Origin: Candidatus Latescibacterota bacterium
GTDB lineage: Bacteria; Latescibacterota; CBDEFO01
Direction: 5' to 3'
DNA length: 64,000 nt
NCBI GenBank assembly: GCA_965237525.1
Contig: CBDEFO010000008.1
Coordinates: 224,001 to 288,000 of the forward strand
The position numbers and the translations under genes were made by a program. Position 1 is the stretch's first letter, and every line of letters starts with the position of its first letter. The notes beneath the pieces were generated by a model. The model did not search any database and had not been told where the DNA came from. It worked only from the letters and a program-made list of their open reading frames with translations. Positions 11,648 to 22,206 of the stretch are shown piece by piece.

Positions 11648-12340
11648 CTACGTCCCTTTGGACTGATAGTAGTGGAAAAGAAGATTTAGGGAAAAAGCCA
11701 CGCAAAGGAGCACTATTCCCAGCGCTATTCCGAATCCGAACTCGCCCTTGCTGGTCTCTAAAGCTATCGCCGTAGTCATTGTTCTTGTACTTCCCCTGAT
11801 ATTCCCGCCAAGCATCATAGCCGAACCGACCTCCGCGATCACCCTCCCGAATCCTGCTACGACCGCCGCTATGACGGAGAACTTAGCCTCACTGAGGACA
11901 GCCAGTGTCGCTTGAAACTCGCTCGCTCCCAAAGTTAGAGCCGTGGGCATTACCCTTTTGTCTATTCCCTGCGCCGCAGATAGAGAAAGAGCAGTTATTA
12001 TGGGCGTCGCTAAGATGAAACCCCCGATTACTATAGCTGTGGGAGTATATAAGAGTCCAAGAGATCCGAGCGGACCTCTTCGGGAGATCAGCGCATAGAT
12101 AGTCAGCCCTATAACCACTGTCGGAAGCGCCATGAGCGTGTTTAGGACCGTTACGACAGCGCGCTTTCCCCAGAAATTCCTCACTCCGATGACCAAACCC
12201 AGTGGCACACCCACAACACAGGCAAGAAGAGTGGCAGCAGACGATACCTTCAAAGAGACAAGAACCACATCGAATGTCTCCCCATCCAGCGATAAGATGA
12301 GCCAAAGGGCGCGTCGAATGCCTTCAGATATATAATCCAA
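11648..12340 (-). CDS. tupB: Tungstate ABC transporter permease
   Basis: Hydrophobic; 'GFGRVIAEVGSAMMLGGNIRGSTRTMTTAIALETSKG' is typical of TupB. Confidence 0.9.
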   Translation of the reverse strand: MDYISEGIRRALWLILSLDGETFDVVLVSLKVSSAATLLACVVGVPLGLVIGVRNFWGKRAVVTVLNTLMALPTVVIGLTIYALISRRGPLGSLGLLYTPTAIVIGGFILATPIITALSLSAAQGIDKRVMPTALTLGASEFQATLAVLSEAKFSVIAAVVAGFGRVIAEVGSAMMLGGNIRGSTRTMTTAIALETSKGEFGFGIALGIVLLCVAFSLNLLFHYYQSKGT

Positions 12341-12421
12341 CCTTTGTCTCCAGGGTCATCCACGAAGCGAAGCTTAGCCACAAAGACACAAAACCTCAAA
12401 CCTTAATATGTTTGGACCTTG

Positions 12422-12443
12422 TCCCCGATTGAATCTATCCGGA
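12422..12443. repeat. Palindromic mini-element, intergenic, reverse orientation
   Basis: TCCCCGATTGAATCTATCCGGA. Confidence 0.8.
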
Positions 12444-12462
12444 TTTGGTGGCTGAAGCGCCT

Positions 12463-13308
12463 TTACATTTTCCTGTCATAAGGGTGGAAGATCGTCTGTC
12501 CACCTACTCTAAAATCCTCTATTATCTTCTGCCCCTGTGGCGAGGTCATCCAGCCTATCAGCGCCATAGAATAGACATAGTTTACGTGGGGGTGAATACT
12601 CGGATTGATCGCTATGACTCCGTAGGGGTTGAACAACGCAGAGTCGCCTTCAAACAACACCACAATATCAACTTTTCGCGAATACGCAAGGAGTGTTCCT
12701 CTATCAATCAGGACGTAGGCCCCCTTCTCATCTGCTATCTGAAGCGTAGCCCCCATGCCCTGACCCGTCTCTATGTACCATTTTCCCGTCCGCGACCCCG
12801 GATTGAATCTATTGGGGGTCAATCGGGGATCTACCCCAGCCTTTTCCCATATCTCCATCTCCTTTTTATGAGTCCCGGAGTCGTCTGCTCTGGAGGCAAA
12901 AAGGGAGTTCTTTTCAAATATCCTCTTCATCGCCGAGAGAGCATCAGAGGTTTGAGCTATCCCAGCAGGGTCATCTCTTGGACCTGCTATCACAAAGTTG
13001 TTGTACATTACATCTCGTCTGTTGACCCCGAAGGCCTTTTCTGCGAAGTCTTCCTCGGCTTTCCTTGCATGCACGAGCACGACATCAACATCTCCGTTCT
13101 CCCCCAACTTTAGCGCTTTCCCCGTCCCCACAGCTATTACATCCACCTTAACACCAAATAGTTTCTCAAAAGGAGGGAGTAGCTCTAAAAGGAGACCTGA
13201 ATTTTCGGTACTCGTGGTCGTTGCAAGCTTTATTCTCTCTTGGGCATCCGCCGGAGACCATAAAAGGGTACAGATCAAAAGGAGGCTAATGGCTGCTATA
13301 ACCCTCAT
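12463..13308 (-). CDS. tupA: Tungstate ABC transporter substrate-binding protein (carries a palindromic insertion at 12794-12831)
   Basis: Signal peptide; ATTTSTENSGLL TupA motif; SRADDSGTH; GQGMGATL. Confidence 0.9.
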   Translation of the reverse strand: MRVIAAISLLLICTLLWSPADAQERIKLATTTSTENSGLLLELLPPFEKLFGVKVDVIAVGTGKALKLGENGDVDVVLVHARKAEEDFAEKAFGVNRRDVMYNNFVIAGPRDDPAGIAQTSDALSAMKRIFEKNSLFASRADDSGTHKKEMEIWEKAGVDPRLTPNRFNPGSRTGKWYIETGQGMGATLQIADEKGAYVLIDRGTLLAYSRKVDIVVLFEGDSALFNPYGVIAINPSIHPHVNYVYSMALIGWMTSPQGQKIIEDFRVGGQTIFHPYDRKM

Positions 13309-14364
13309 CTATGCCTCCATATCGAGCAGAGTCTTAACCGCCGTAGCTCCTCTCTCTTCAAATTTGTCTAGTCCCTCCGTTACTCCTTGAGCAAGTGGAA
13401 GCGTCCCTGTGATGATGGCATCAGGAGCCATCCGTCCGTCCGCTATAAGCGAAAGGACTATCGGGAACTCGTCCCCATATCCCAGAGATGTTACAAGCGA
13501 TTTTTCTCCGCTCATCAGATCGTTGAAATTGTACCCAAAGGGCTCGGTGAATATGCCTACGAGGCAGGCAATTCCCTGCTTCCTGATGATGTCCACGCAC
13601 ATCTTAGCGGTAGCTTCCACGCCGACGCACTCTATAGCCAAGTCCACACCTATTCCATCAGTGAGCTGGAAGACAGCCTCAACCGGATCCACTTTGCCCG
13701 GGTTTATCACCTCTGTTGCTCCCAAATCTCTTGCAAATTTCTCCTTGACCTCCGACTTTTCCAGGACATAAATTTGGGACGCACCTGCCGCTTTGGCGCA
13801 CTGCAGCGTGCAAAGACCTATCGTACCTCCTCCTACAATCGCTACCCTATCTCCCACACTTATCTCCGCTCGTTTGAGGGCGTGCATTCCCACAGAGAGC
13901 GGCTCGATCAGAGCACCCAACTGATACGACGCAGAGTCCGGCAATCTATGACATGACCACTCAGGGACTACCGTATATTCTGCAAATCCACCGTCCCTGT
14001 TGAAGCCTATGAACGCGCCTTGTTGGCATACAGCGTACAGTCCCCTTCGGCAGTAGTAACAATCCAGACACGGATCGCAGGCGTTGACGCAGACCCTATC
14101 GCCTACTGTAATCCTTTTTACATTGCTCCCGATTTCCACAACCTCTCCAGAAAACTCGTGTCCTAAAACTATCGGAGCTCCCCTCCCGGTCCTCGGATGA
14201 GGCTTAGCAGAAAGGTATATAGGTCCGTAGGAGTACTCCGTAAAATCCGTGTGGCAAAGACCGGCGTACTTAACCTTGATCTTGACCTCGTTTTGTCCTA
14301 TCTGTGGCTCAGGAAAGTCCTCATACCTTAAGTCTTTCCTTGCGTGCCATACCAAAGCTTTCAT
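13309..14364 (-). CDS. Zn-dependent alcohol dehydrogenase (butanediol/threonine dehydrogenase-like)
   Basis: GLCHTD, GHEFSG, four-Cys structural Zn site, GGGTIG. Confidence 0.9.
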   Translation of the reverse strand: MKALVWHARKDLRYEDFPEPQIGQNEVKIKVKYAGLCHTDFTEYSYGPIYLSAKPHPRTGRGAPIVLGHEFSGEVVEIGSNVKRITVGDRVCVNACDPCLDCYYCRRGLYAVCQQGAFIGFNRDGGFAEYTVVPEWSCHRLPDSASYQLGALIEPLSVGMHALKRAEISVGDRVAIVGGGTIGLCTLQCAKAAGASQIYVLEKSEVKEKFARDLGATEVINPGKVDPVEAVFQLTDGIGVDLAIECVGVEATAKMCVDIIRKQGIACLVGIFTEPFGYNFNDLMSGEKSLVTSLGYGDEFPIVLSLIADGRMAPDAIITGTLPLAQGVTEGLDKFEERGATAVKTLLDMEA

Positions 14365-14708
14365 CAGTCTATCTCCTTATCGTTACCGATTTTGTACTCC
14401 TGCACCTTCTCCTATTATCCTTTCCTACGCTCTATTCATCTGAATTCTACTGAGGAAAGTCCTTGACATAGTTCTATTTACTATTTATTTTGATTTGAAG
14501 TATTGTCTTAGACAGCGCTCATAACGCATATAATGTTGAATCTCCACAAGACATAGTACCGAATTTAGGGATTAAGCTCGAACTTGTCAACAAGAAAGTC
14601 AGAAGAAACTGTGCTGCCGATGGCAAGTGGCATTTAAGTTATCTGCGAAATTAAAGGGAATCTGTGTAGTCTATTCTAACACCGAAGGAGCAAAAAAGGA
14701 GCAACACA

Positions 14709-15566
14709 ATGTTCAAGAACTTAAGTACTGATGCGATAGGAATTCAATGCAGTTTAGTTGAGGCTGTCGAAATTGCCAAAACTGCAGGATTTGAAGGTAT
14801 AGACATCTCAATAGAGGAGGTAGCAGATCTTGCTGATGAAAAGTCGATTGACTACGTATTAGAGATATTCAAAACAGCGGGGATCAGGATGGGGGGATGG
14901 ATGCTGCCTGCAACCTGGCTCGGTGATGAGTCTTCCCACAACGAAGGACTGCAGAAGCTCCCTCGCTTGGCTCGCGTCGCTCAGTCTATAGGATGCTTGA
15001 GAATAATCGCCTGGGTTTGGCCATTGTCGGATGAAAGGCCGTATAAAGAGAACTTCGACTGGCAGGTTGCACGCTTCAGGCCTATTGCCGAAATCCTGAA
15101 AGAATACGACTGCCGTCTCAGTTTAGAATTCATCGGCCCTGCGACGTTGAGGAAGGACCACAAAAAAGACCACAAATATGAATTTATCTATACGATAGAC
15201 GGCGTGCTCGAACTGTGTGTGGCCATCGGGACGGGAAATGTGGGTCTCCTTCTGGACTGCTACCATTGGTACACATCCCATGGCACACTGGACGATCTGG
15301 AGAAGCTGACATCAGATCAGGTAGTTTACGTCCACATCAACGACGCGCCCTCTGGGATTAAGGTGGACGAGCAGATGGACAGGGTCAGGTGTCTGCCGGG
15401 GGAGACAGGCGTAATAGACATTTCCAGCTTCATGAGGAGCCTGCGCAAGACGGGTTACGACGGCCCTGTGGCGGTTGAACCGTTCAACGAGACAGTAACA
15501 AAGATGGACCCTCTGGATGCGGCAAGGGCGACCTACGAGGCCCTGTCTGGAGTCTGGGGATCGTAA
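14709..15566 (+). CDS. Sugar phosphate isomerase/epimerase (xylose-isomerase-like TIM barrel)
   Basis: LEFIG, LDCYH, VHINDA and VEPF metal-ligand motifs. Confidence 0.85.
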   Translation: MFKNLSTDAIGIQCSLVEAVEIAKTAGFEGIDISIEEVADLADEKSIDYVLEIFKTAGIRMGGWMLPATWLGDESSHNEGLQKLPRLARVAQSIGCLRIIAWVWPLSDERPYKENFDWQVARFRPIAEILKEYDCRLSLEFIGPATLRKDHKKDHKYEFIYTIDGVLELCVAIGTGNVGLLLDCYHWYTSHGTLDDLEKLTSDQVVYVHINDAPSGIKVDEQMDRVRCLPGETGVIDISSFMRSLRKTGYDGPVAVEPFNETVTKMDPLDAARATYEALSGVWGS

Positions 15567-15571
15567 ATCTC

Positions 15572-16365
15572 CTATGCAAACTGTCTGAGATATTCTATTG
15601 CCTTGATGAAACCCTCTTCTCTGCCCAGTGCGCTGTCTTCGTGCTCTATGCTCAAAACGTTGTTGTAGCCATTTCGCCTGAGAGCGGCGATGAATTGCCC
15701 CCATTTTATCTTGCCGTAGCCGGGGATACAGCAGCGCCACCAGCCCTCCGGGCTTTGAGAACTCTGGTTGCCCCAGTATTTGAGTCTATGCTCGATCACT
15801 TCTGTGTCCTTGGCGTGAACGTGGAATATCCTGTCGGCGAAGCGATCGACAGCCAAGATGTAGTCTATGTCCTGCCAGAGCAGGTGCGACGGATCGAAGT
15901 TGAGTCCGAAGTTCTCATTGGGAAGGACCTGGGAGAAGGACCTGGAATATCCTGTCCCAGCTACCCAGTTTTCTAAGGCTATCTTTATCCCTTTTTCCTC
16001 AGCGTGCTGCAAGATAGGTACATAAACCGCTGGAACATCCTCCTCGATAGTCTGCATTCTGTCCTTACCAGGCACAGGCGATCCCTCCATAGCACAGACG
16101 ACGTCAGTGCCTAAAAGGGCGGCGGCGTCTATGACGGATATCAGCTTTGAAGAGTTGTCCACTCTTTTTTCGGGATCGGTCATGTTTAGAAAGGACTCAA
16201 GGGCCGATATTCTCAAGTTTTTGGCCTTCAGCATCCCACAGATCTGATCGGCTTCCCAGGACCGAATTTATTTTCCAGTGCGTCAAATCGAGCCTGGCTT
16301 GCAAAATACGCAACCGCTTGTAGGGATTCGCTTCCAAAGAGCGCCGTTGACAGTCCAATTTCCAT
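15572..16365 (-). pseudogene. Sugar phosphate isomerase/epimerase with internal deletion/frameshift
   Basis: ORF 15572-16234 has ALENW, FDPSH, VHAKD and SIEHED. The N-terminus MEIGLSTALFG starts at 16365 (GGAG RBS) in another frame. Confidence 0.7.
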
Positions 16366-16447
16366 TATAGTCTCCTTTCAAAACAAAAATAGCCCCATCA
16401 ATGTTCATCAGGGGCCACAAAAATTACCGCTTAATCTCGGCAATCGG

Positions 16448-16975
16448 TCAGACTATCTCTTGCAATTTTTTCTTTTGCCGTATTTTCTCCAGCTGTTCGG
16501 CTGACTGATGCAGCCTCAGTGTCAAGAAACATCCGAGCTTATGGGCAATCTTCACTCCCAAGCGGGGATTGCGATCCATAAGACCTAAAAAATCAGGTCT
16601 GAAGAAACCTATCATCTCGCAGTCCTCACAAGCCACAGCAGAGGCAGAGCGCGGCAGTTCATTCAAAAGGGAGAATTCACCTGTGAAGGCGCCCTGCTCC
16701 AGATGCGCAATCTTCAATGATCCTCCTCCATCTAACTCCTTGAGAATGTCGATACTACCCTTTCTGATGATGTACATCCCCAATCCAGGATTCCCCTCTC
16801 TGAATATCTTCTCCCCTTTTGAGAACTTCCGCTTGTGGACTATCCTTTCTATATTCCTCAGTTCGCTTTTAGAGAGTCCTTCGAATATAGGAACTTCAGC
16901 AAGGACATCGCAAAGATCGTCCTGAGAATCCTTCTTATCCTTAAAGATATTTCCCCACAGAGCGTCAACGGACAT
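16448..16975 (-). CDS. Cyclic nucleotide-binding domain protein
   Basis: IFREGNPG, GEFSLL..PRSASA cNMP-binding motifs. Confidence 0.9.
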   Translation of the reverse strand: MSVDALWGNIFKDKKDSQDDLCDVLAEVPIFEGLSKSELRNIERIVHKRKFSKGEKIFREGNPGLGMYIIRKGSIDILKELDGGGSLKIAHLEQGAFTGEFSLLNELPRSASAVACEDCEMIGFFRPDFLGLMDRNPRLGVKIAHKLGCFLTLRLHQSAEQLEKIRQKKKLQEIV

Positions 16976-17090
16976 CGTAGAATATAGTTTATGACGTTAA
17001 GGACAACTAACCCGAATAATCCACAAAAAAGGACGTGTTTTAATTAAGGGTTTGTATTATGTTATAGTTATGCCGTTTAACCACCTTCGG

Positions 17091-17212
17091 TGTCATTGCG
17101 AGCCCAAGGCGAAGCAATCTCGATTCTGTGGTAGATGTAATACTCTCCGGCTCTCATAGGAGACCACTATAAAACCTTGAGATTGCTTCGTCGCTTTGCT
17201 CCTCGCAATGAC
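17091..17212. repeat. Inverted pair of REP-like repeats (GTCATTGCGAG...GAAGCAATCTC)
   Basis: 17091-17121 and 17179-17212 are inverted relatives; a related copy lies at 36419-36484. Confidence 0.8.
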
Positions 17213-17274
17213 TCCAGCAAGTTTATGAATTAATCGGGTTAATAGAGATTTTACGAGAGGTGCAAAGGACCTCT

Positions 17275-17619
17275 TTATCGTTTCTGCTTTTTGGTCCTTT
17301 TCTCTTCGAGCTTAGTTATCTTATCCCTGATCTCGGCGGCCTGCTCGTAGGCCTCTTCTTCCACCAGACGCCTAAGTTGAGCGTTTAGTCGTTCTAACTC
17401 GATCTCGTGTCCGACTTGCTTGTACTCATCTACCTCACCGGATAGGGTAACGATATTGTCGGCTTTTCCTTTTGTCACAGCTACAGGCCTTCCGAGCTTG
17501 CTTCTGTTGCGTCTCCTCATCTTTCTGAACTTCACGTAGCCGCTGAGAGTGGAGATAACCACCAGAGCGCCAGTCAATACGACCAGCCAGATGATCACCC
17601 ATATAGGTATATCGGGCAT
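17275..17619 (-). CDS. Membrane-anchored UvrB/UvrC-motif protein
   Basis: N-terminal TM helix; 'EEEAYEQAAEIRDKI' UVR motif. Confidence 0.8.
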   Translation of the reverse strand: MPDIPIWVIIWLVVLTGALVVISTLSGYVKFRKMRRRNRSKLGRPVAVTKGKADNIVTLSGEVDEYKQVGHEIELERLNAQLRRLVEEEAYEQAAEIRDKITKLEEKRTKKQKR

Positions 17620-17878
17620 GTCGTCTTCCTTTCCAGCAAAGATAGCACCTCAAGGACCAAAGAGGACTATCCGGTCTAACAGAATATTTCCATCAGTGCT
17701 AATATACCGAAAGTGTATGTAATAGTCAAGAGGAATGTCCTGTTATGTTCATAGAATTGTCTTGATCAGATGTACACTCTTCATTATCTTATTTATGTCC
17801 GAATAATGTCAAGATTACTAGCCGCACTTAACACGCACCTATCACAATCGAAGTTGACATACAAAAAGGAGCCAGATA

Positions 17879-18817
17879 ATGGACATAACCGAAGTGAAGC
17901 AGACCCTCTGTGGACCTATGATACCTGTAATCTCGGTCTTAAAACCGGATCTGAGTCTGGATATCGAGGGAACCCAGTTCAACGTTCGCGACGTAGTAGA
18001 AAGGGGATTTACAAGGGGAAAAGGCGTCCTTTTAGCGGTCGGTGCCGGCGGAGACTTTCCTATGATGACCGTTCAGGAGAGAAAAGATGTAACAAGGGCT
18101 ATAGTTGATGCCGCAGTTGGCAAAGTTCCTGTCCTTACAGGAGCACAGGATACAGACCCTAAAGTCTGCATAGAGATCGCCCAGTTTGCAGAGGAAGTAG
18201 GAGCTTACGGCATTCAGTTGTCCGCACCATACTACTACCAGCCTTCGGACGATGACGTTATAAAGCACGTTACGTCTATCCACGATGCGACAGAAAGAAT
18301 TGCCATTATGATCTATAACACATGGTGGCACGGATATAACATGCCCCTGGACGTACTAGACACGCTTTCTCAATTAGATCGCGTCGTATCTTTGAAATGG
18401 TCTACTCCCGACGGGGCGAAGTCCTACACTAAAGGTATATCCAGATTCTCTGGCAGATTGGCTATCGTGGATAATCAGGGACTTCAGGTGTTGAGTTACA
18501 TGCTCGGCGGCACAGGTTACATCACGCACCTGGCGACGGTGTGGCCGGAACATGACCTGTCCCTCCACGAGCAGATGAAAAACGGGGACTATATGTCCGC
18601 ATTGGAGGGCTTTAAAGATGCGAACTGGCCCTGGGGAGATTTCAGGGGCAAGATGGCGCAAAGGACAGGTGGAGAGGCAAACGTCGTCAAGGCAGCGTTG
18701 GAGCTATGCGGACGACCCGCCGGACCCTCAAGACCTCCCACGAGGGCGTTGAATAGTGACGAACGCGAAGAACTCAGGCAACTTTTGATCAAAATCGGCG
18801 TTCCGAATGTCAAGTAA
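17879..18817 (+). CDS. Dihydrodipicolinate synthase/N-acetylneuraminate lyase family protein
   Basis: APYYY, IMIYN and the Schiff-base 'SLKWS' motif. Confidence 0.85.
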   Translation: MDITEVKQTLCGPMIPVISVLKPDLSLDIEGTQFNVRDVVERGFTRGKGVLLAVGAGGDFPMMTVQERKDVTRAIVDAAVGKVPVLTGAQDTDPKVCIEIAQFAEEVGAYGIQLSAPYYYQPSDDDVIKHVTSIHDATERIAIMIYNTWWHGYNMPLDVLDTLSQLDRVVSLKWSTPDGAKSYTKGISRFSGRLAIVDNQGLQVLSYMLGGTGYITHLATVWPEHDLSLHEQMKNGDYMSALEGFKDANWPWGDFRGKMAQRTGGEANVVKAALELCGRPAGPSRPPTRALNSDEREELRQLLIKIGVPNVK

Positions 18818-18867
18818 GATCGGGACTATAGTTGATCTCGATCTGTGAAATATATAGGAGAAATCAA

Positions 18868-19551
18868 ATGGCTGCTGATCTGACGTCCGAGCAACTGGAT
18901 GCATTAAGGAGCTTCGACAGCCCTACTATTGCCAACGCTATTGAAGCCTTTGAAGTCAGGGGACTCATAGAGGGTTTTATGGGCTTAGACATAAAGTGCC
19001 GCTTTCCCGATATGGGGGTGATGTTGGGATACGCCGTGACGGCGACAGCCGACAGCATGACGCCCAGAAGGCCCAAAGACAGAAGACCCGTCTTGGAGCT
19101 GTGGAGAACGCTTGAGGCGTCGCCCAATCCTGCGGTCTTAGTCTTCCAGGACGTGGGACCAAAGCCCCTCCAAAGCTGTCACTTCGGAGATAATATGGCG
19201 CATATCGCAATGAGATTAGGCGCTCTGGGACTGATCACCAACGGAGGGGTCAGGGATTTGGAGGAGGTAGAAGCTATAGGATTTCAATATTTTGCTGCGG
19301 GGACTGTCGTCTCTCACGGAAATCACGGGATCGTAGATGTCAGTGTACCTGTAGTGCTGAGCGGTGTCAGGATAGAGCCCGGAGATCTCATACACTCCGA
19401 TAAGAACGGCGTGGTCGTCATCCCCGGAGAGATAGCCGAGGTGGTAGCCAAGGAGGCTATGCAGGTGAGAGAAAGAGAGAGCAAGATAGTGGAGTTTGTG
19501 GACGGCCCTGACTTTTCGCTGGATGGATTAGCCAAGATGTATGGTCTATAA
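18868..19551 (+). CDS. RraA/HMG aldolase family protein
   Basis: SPTIANA, GYAVT, TNGGVRD, PGDLIHSDKNGVV. Confidence 0.9.
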   Translation: MAADLTSEQLDALRSFDSPTIANAIEAFEVRGLIEGFMGLDIKCRFPDMGVMLGYAVTATADSMTPRRPKDRRPVLELWRTLEASPNPAVLVFQDVGPKPLQSCHFGDNMAHIAMRLGALGLITNGGVRDLEEVEAIGFQYFAAGTVVSHGNHGIVDVSVPVVLSGVRIEPGDLIHSDKNGVVVIPGEIAEVVAKEAMQVRERESKIVEFVDGPDFSLDGLAKMYGL

Positions 19552-19692
19552 CGTTGATTAATAGTAATGATCTATCTTCTTAAGCGGGCAAGGAGTCCTT
19601 GAGTCAACATATCCTCCGATCCATTGCAATAGTTGCGGAGTACTTTTTCAACAAATTCAGTTCGGATAATTTACCACGTAGGAAGGATAGTT

Positions 19693-20094
19693 ATGTATAA
19701 ATGGAACCTTGTCCTGACTTTGATTACGACACTTTCGTTATTTAGATGTGCAACGACAAACAAAATGCGTACCGCCCCACTTTCCGCTGGTGTTCCACGA
19801 ATATTCACTGCCGATTATAATCGAGTTTTAAAAGTAGCTCAAGAAGCTGTTGTTGAAGCTGGGTTGATGATTGAAGATGTTAATCAAGTTAATGATAAAG
19901 CTTGGATGATAATAGGCAAGAAAGGTGCTTCAGGTTGGAGTGTAGGGGAGCTTGTCCGTGTTGTAGTTGAAGAGATGAATGATGCCAAAACAATCGTACG
20001 AGTGTATACAAAAAGAAGGCTTGCTACAAATATTACGGCCAAAGGGGATTACTCTCAATCTATTCTATCAAATATAGATTTGAAGCTGCAGTAG
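19693..20094 (+). CDS. Hypothetical lipoprotein (AT-rich)
   Basis: Signal-like N-terminus ending in Cys (LFRC); AAGGA RBS. Confidence 0.6.
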   Translation: MYKWNLVLTLITTLSLFRCATTNKMRTAPLSAGVPRIFTADYNRVLKVAQEAVVEAGLMIEDVNQVNDKAWMIIGKKGASGWSVGELVRVVVEEMNDAKTIVRVYTKRRLATNITAKGDYSQSILSNIDLKLQ

Positions 20095-20123
20095 AACAAT
20101 GCCATCGCCTAACATACATTAGA

Positions 20124-21425
20124 GGTTGAATATCAAATGAAATCGGTGCAACTAATTTGATCTTTGTTTAGAGTATTAGTAGATTAAGTTGAGTTGATTG
20201 TCTTAACTTTAATCTACGGAGTCCTATGGACAAAGAGAGATTGGCCGTATTAAGACAAGAAGTCAACGAGATGTATTTTAAGAAAGAAATGTCAAAGCGA
20301 GAAGTTATCAAACAAGCGAGAGTTTCCAATGATTTCGTTACGGCTTGGACTAAATCTCTGGATCAGGATTTTGCCATAGATAATCGGGGTTGGCCAAAAG
20401 GAAAAAGGCGAAAATTGGCTAAAGTTGACGAACAGAGAATCAAAGAGATTTACCATAGCTTAGAGGACGATCCTTATCAGTTCTATTCAGGAGCCACTGT
20501 TATTGAACAAGAATGGAGGAATCGATATTCTAGCACCCCTCCTCCGTCGTTGCCGACTATCGGCAGAATGCTTTCAGATTTAGGACTTTCCCAGAGAAGG
20601 AAGAAAGGTAAAAACAAGGGTGCATCTCGTTATCTTTGTTATCCAGAGTATACCATTTACTATCTTTCAGGAGGCAGAGTCCTAGAATCAGACTTTATTG
20701 GTAAAAAGTATCTTACCGGCAGAACTGAGCCGGTCAACTTCGTTGGATTTTCCTTTAAGAAAGAGCCTAAGTTAAGGTATTTTCGGCGGGTTGACGGTCA
20801 AACAGCAACTAACTTTATCGAGAAGTGTCAGTCTTTCTTTGACAGGTTTGAAAAACCAGATTTCGTTAAGGTGGACAATTGCTCGGCGACTATTGGCAGT
20901 GTTTCAGGTAAAAGGAATGTCAGCAAAGCAATGCAGTTTCTCTTGAAAAATCAAGTGATTCCGATATTTGCCGTTCCCAGAAGGCCCTTTTCTCAAGCAT
21001 CTATAGAAGGCAACAATTCTGTATTTTCAAGGAAGTTCTGGAACAGAATTCAGTTCAAAAGCTTACAAGAAGTTGATCAGAAGTTAGAATGGTTTAATCT
21101 TTCATCACAGAGATACACCGGCTACCGTCCACCTAAGCAAGAGAAGTCAAACGAGAAAGATTTCATTCCCAAGACCTATTTTATCAGACAAGTCAAACAG
21201 GACACAGAACAGACAGATAAAGCCTTTATCGATGTCCTAAATGAGAAAGTATCTCTTCCCTCCTCTTACACCAACTACTTTGTCCTGGCTGAATGGAACC
21301 TAAAAGAAGAACAATTATACATCCATTTTGAAAAAGAACAGAAACCAAAGATTGTCGAAAACCTATCATTCAAGATCAATCAAAGATCGAAAGAGAAGTG
21401 CACCGATTTCATTTGATAAATAACC
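20124..21425 (+). mobile_element. 1302-bp insertion sequence, copy B (transposase 20226-21416)
   Basis: Same IRs as copy A; 6-bp target duplication ATTAGA at 20118-20123 and 21426-21431. Confidence 0.95.
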
Positions 21426-21550
21426 ATTAGAGGCTAAAACTCAAGACAAGAAAGTATCCCTACAAGGAATGCTATTGGGATTATTGGATAATAAATGCTC
21501 TTGAAAAGGGCAATCAATATTTTGAAGAGATTCATCCTTATGTTTGGCTT

Positions 21551-22129
21551 ATGGATGATCATAAATGGGCTTATTATGTGTGGGAAAAATATCGTTGTGA
21601 ATCTGTTCATAACCCACCATTTACGCTCGTCCACTTGGATCGTCATTGGGATGGAGTAGACGATTTTACAAATAATCCTTCAGAGAAAGAAAAGCTTATC
21701 AAAATAGATACTCTTAAACCGATATATCAATTATTAGCGTCGGGTTCGAATCTTATTCGAAAAGACTCCTTTATTGCTCCGGCAATTATGAGAGACTTAG
21801 TAAATGAAATACACTTTTATTGCAGACAGACTGACACAGAAATTGGAATAGACGAACCATTACTTCGAGAGTTCGAAGCAAGACAATTTATTCATGTGGA
21901 TATTAAATCTCTTATTGAAAGAGTTTCTGGCCAGCGAATATTTTTCGACATTAATTTGGATCTATTCAATAAATCTGATATGTTTCTTGAAGGTGATCTT
22001 TGGGAGGAAAATGAAATAGTAGATTTTATAGATCAATGTTCACCTATTTTGAAAAATTCCTCTACTATAACTATTTCAATGTCATTGGGTTACTCTGGAA
22101 CGCAACAAGATATGTATTATCTTACTTAG
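21551..22129 (+). CDS. UPF0489-like protein (true start may be upstream; possible premature TAG)
   Basis: MDDHKWA..W, LVHLDRHWD, SFIAPA and DINLDLF motifs. Confidence 0.65.
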   Translation: MDDHKWAYYVWEKYRCESVHNPPFTLVHLDRHWDGVDDFTNNPSEKEKLIKIDTLKPIYQLLASGSNLIRKDSFIAPAIMRDLVNEIHFYCRQTDTEIGIDEPLLREFEARQFIHVDIKSLIERVSGQRIFFDINLDLFNKSDMFLEGDLWEENEIVDFIDQCSPILKNSSTITISMSLGYSGTQQDMYYLT

Positions 22130-22206
22130 CTTGTCGTTCCAAGGTTACTTCATTATTTTGAAATATAACGTAAAAGTATACACCTAAACAAGGAGTTCTT
22201 TAGTCT

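Noticed and set aside
2336..22129. TAG recoding (pyrrolysine or alternative code) suggested by in-frame TAGs at 2336 and 22127
   Set aside because: Many intact genes here end at TAG at their expected C-termini, no pyl genes are seen, and single-base nonsense changes explain both cases.
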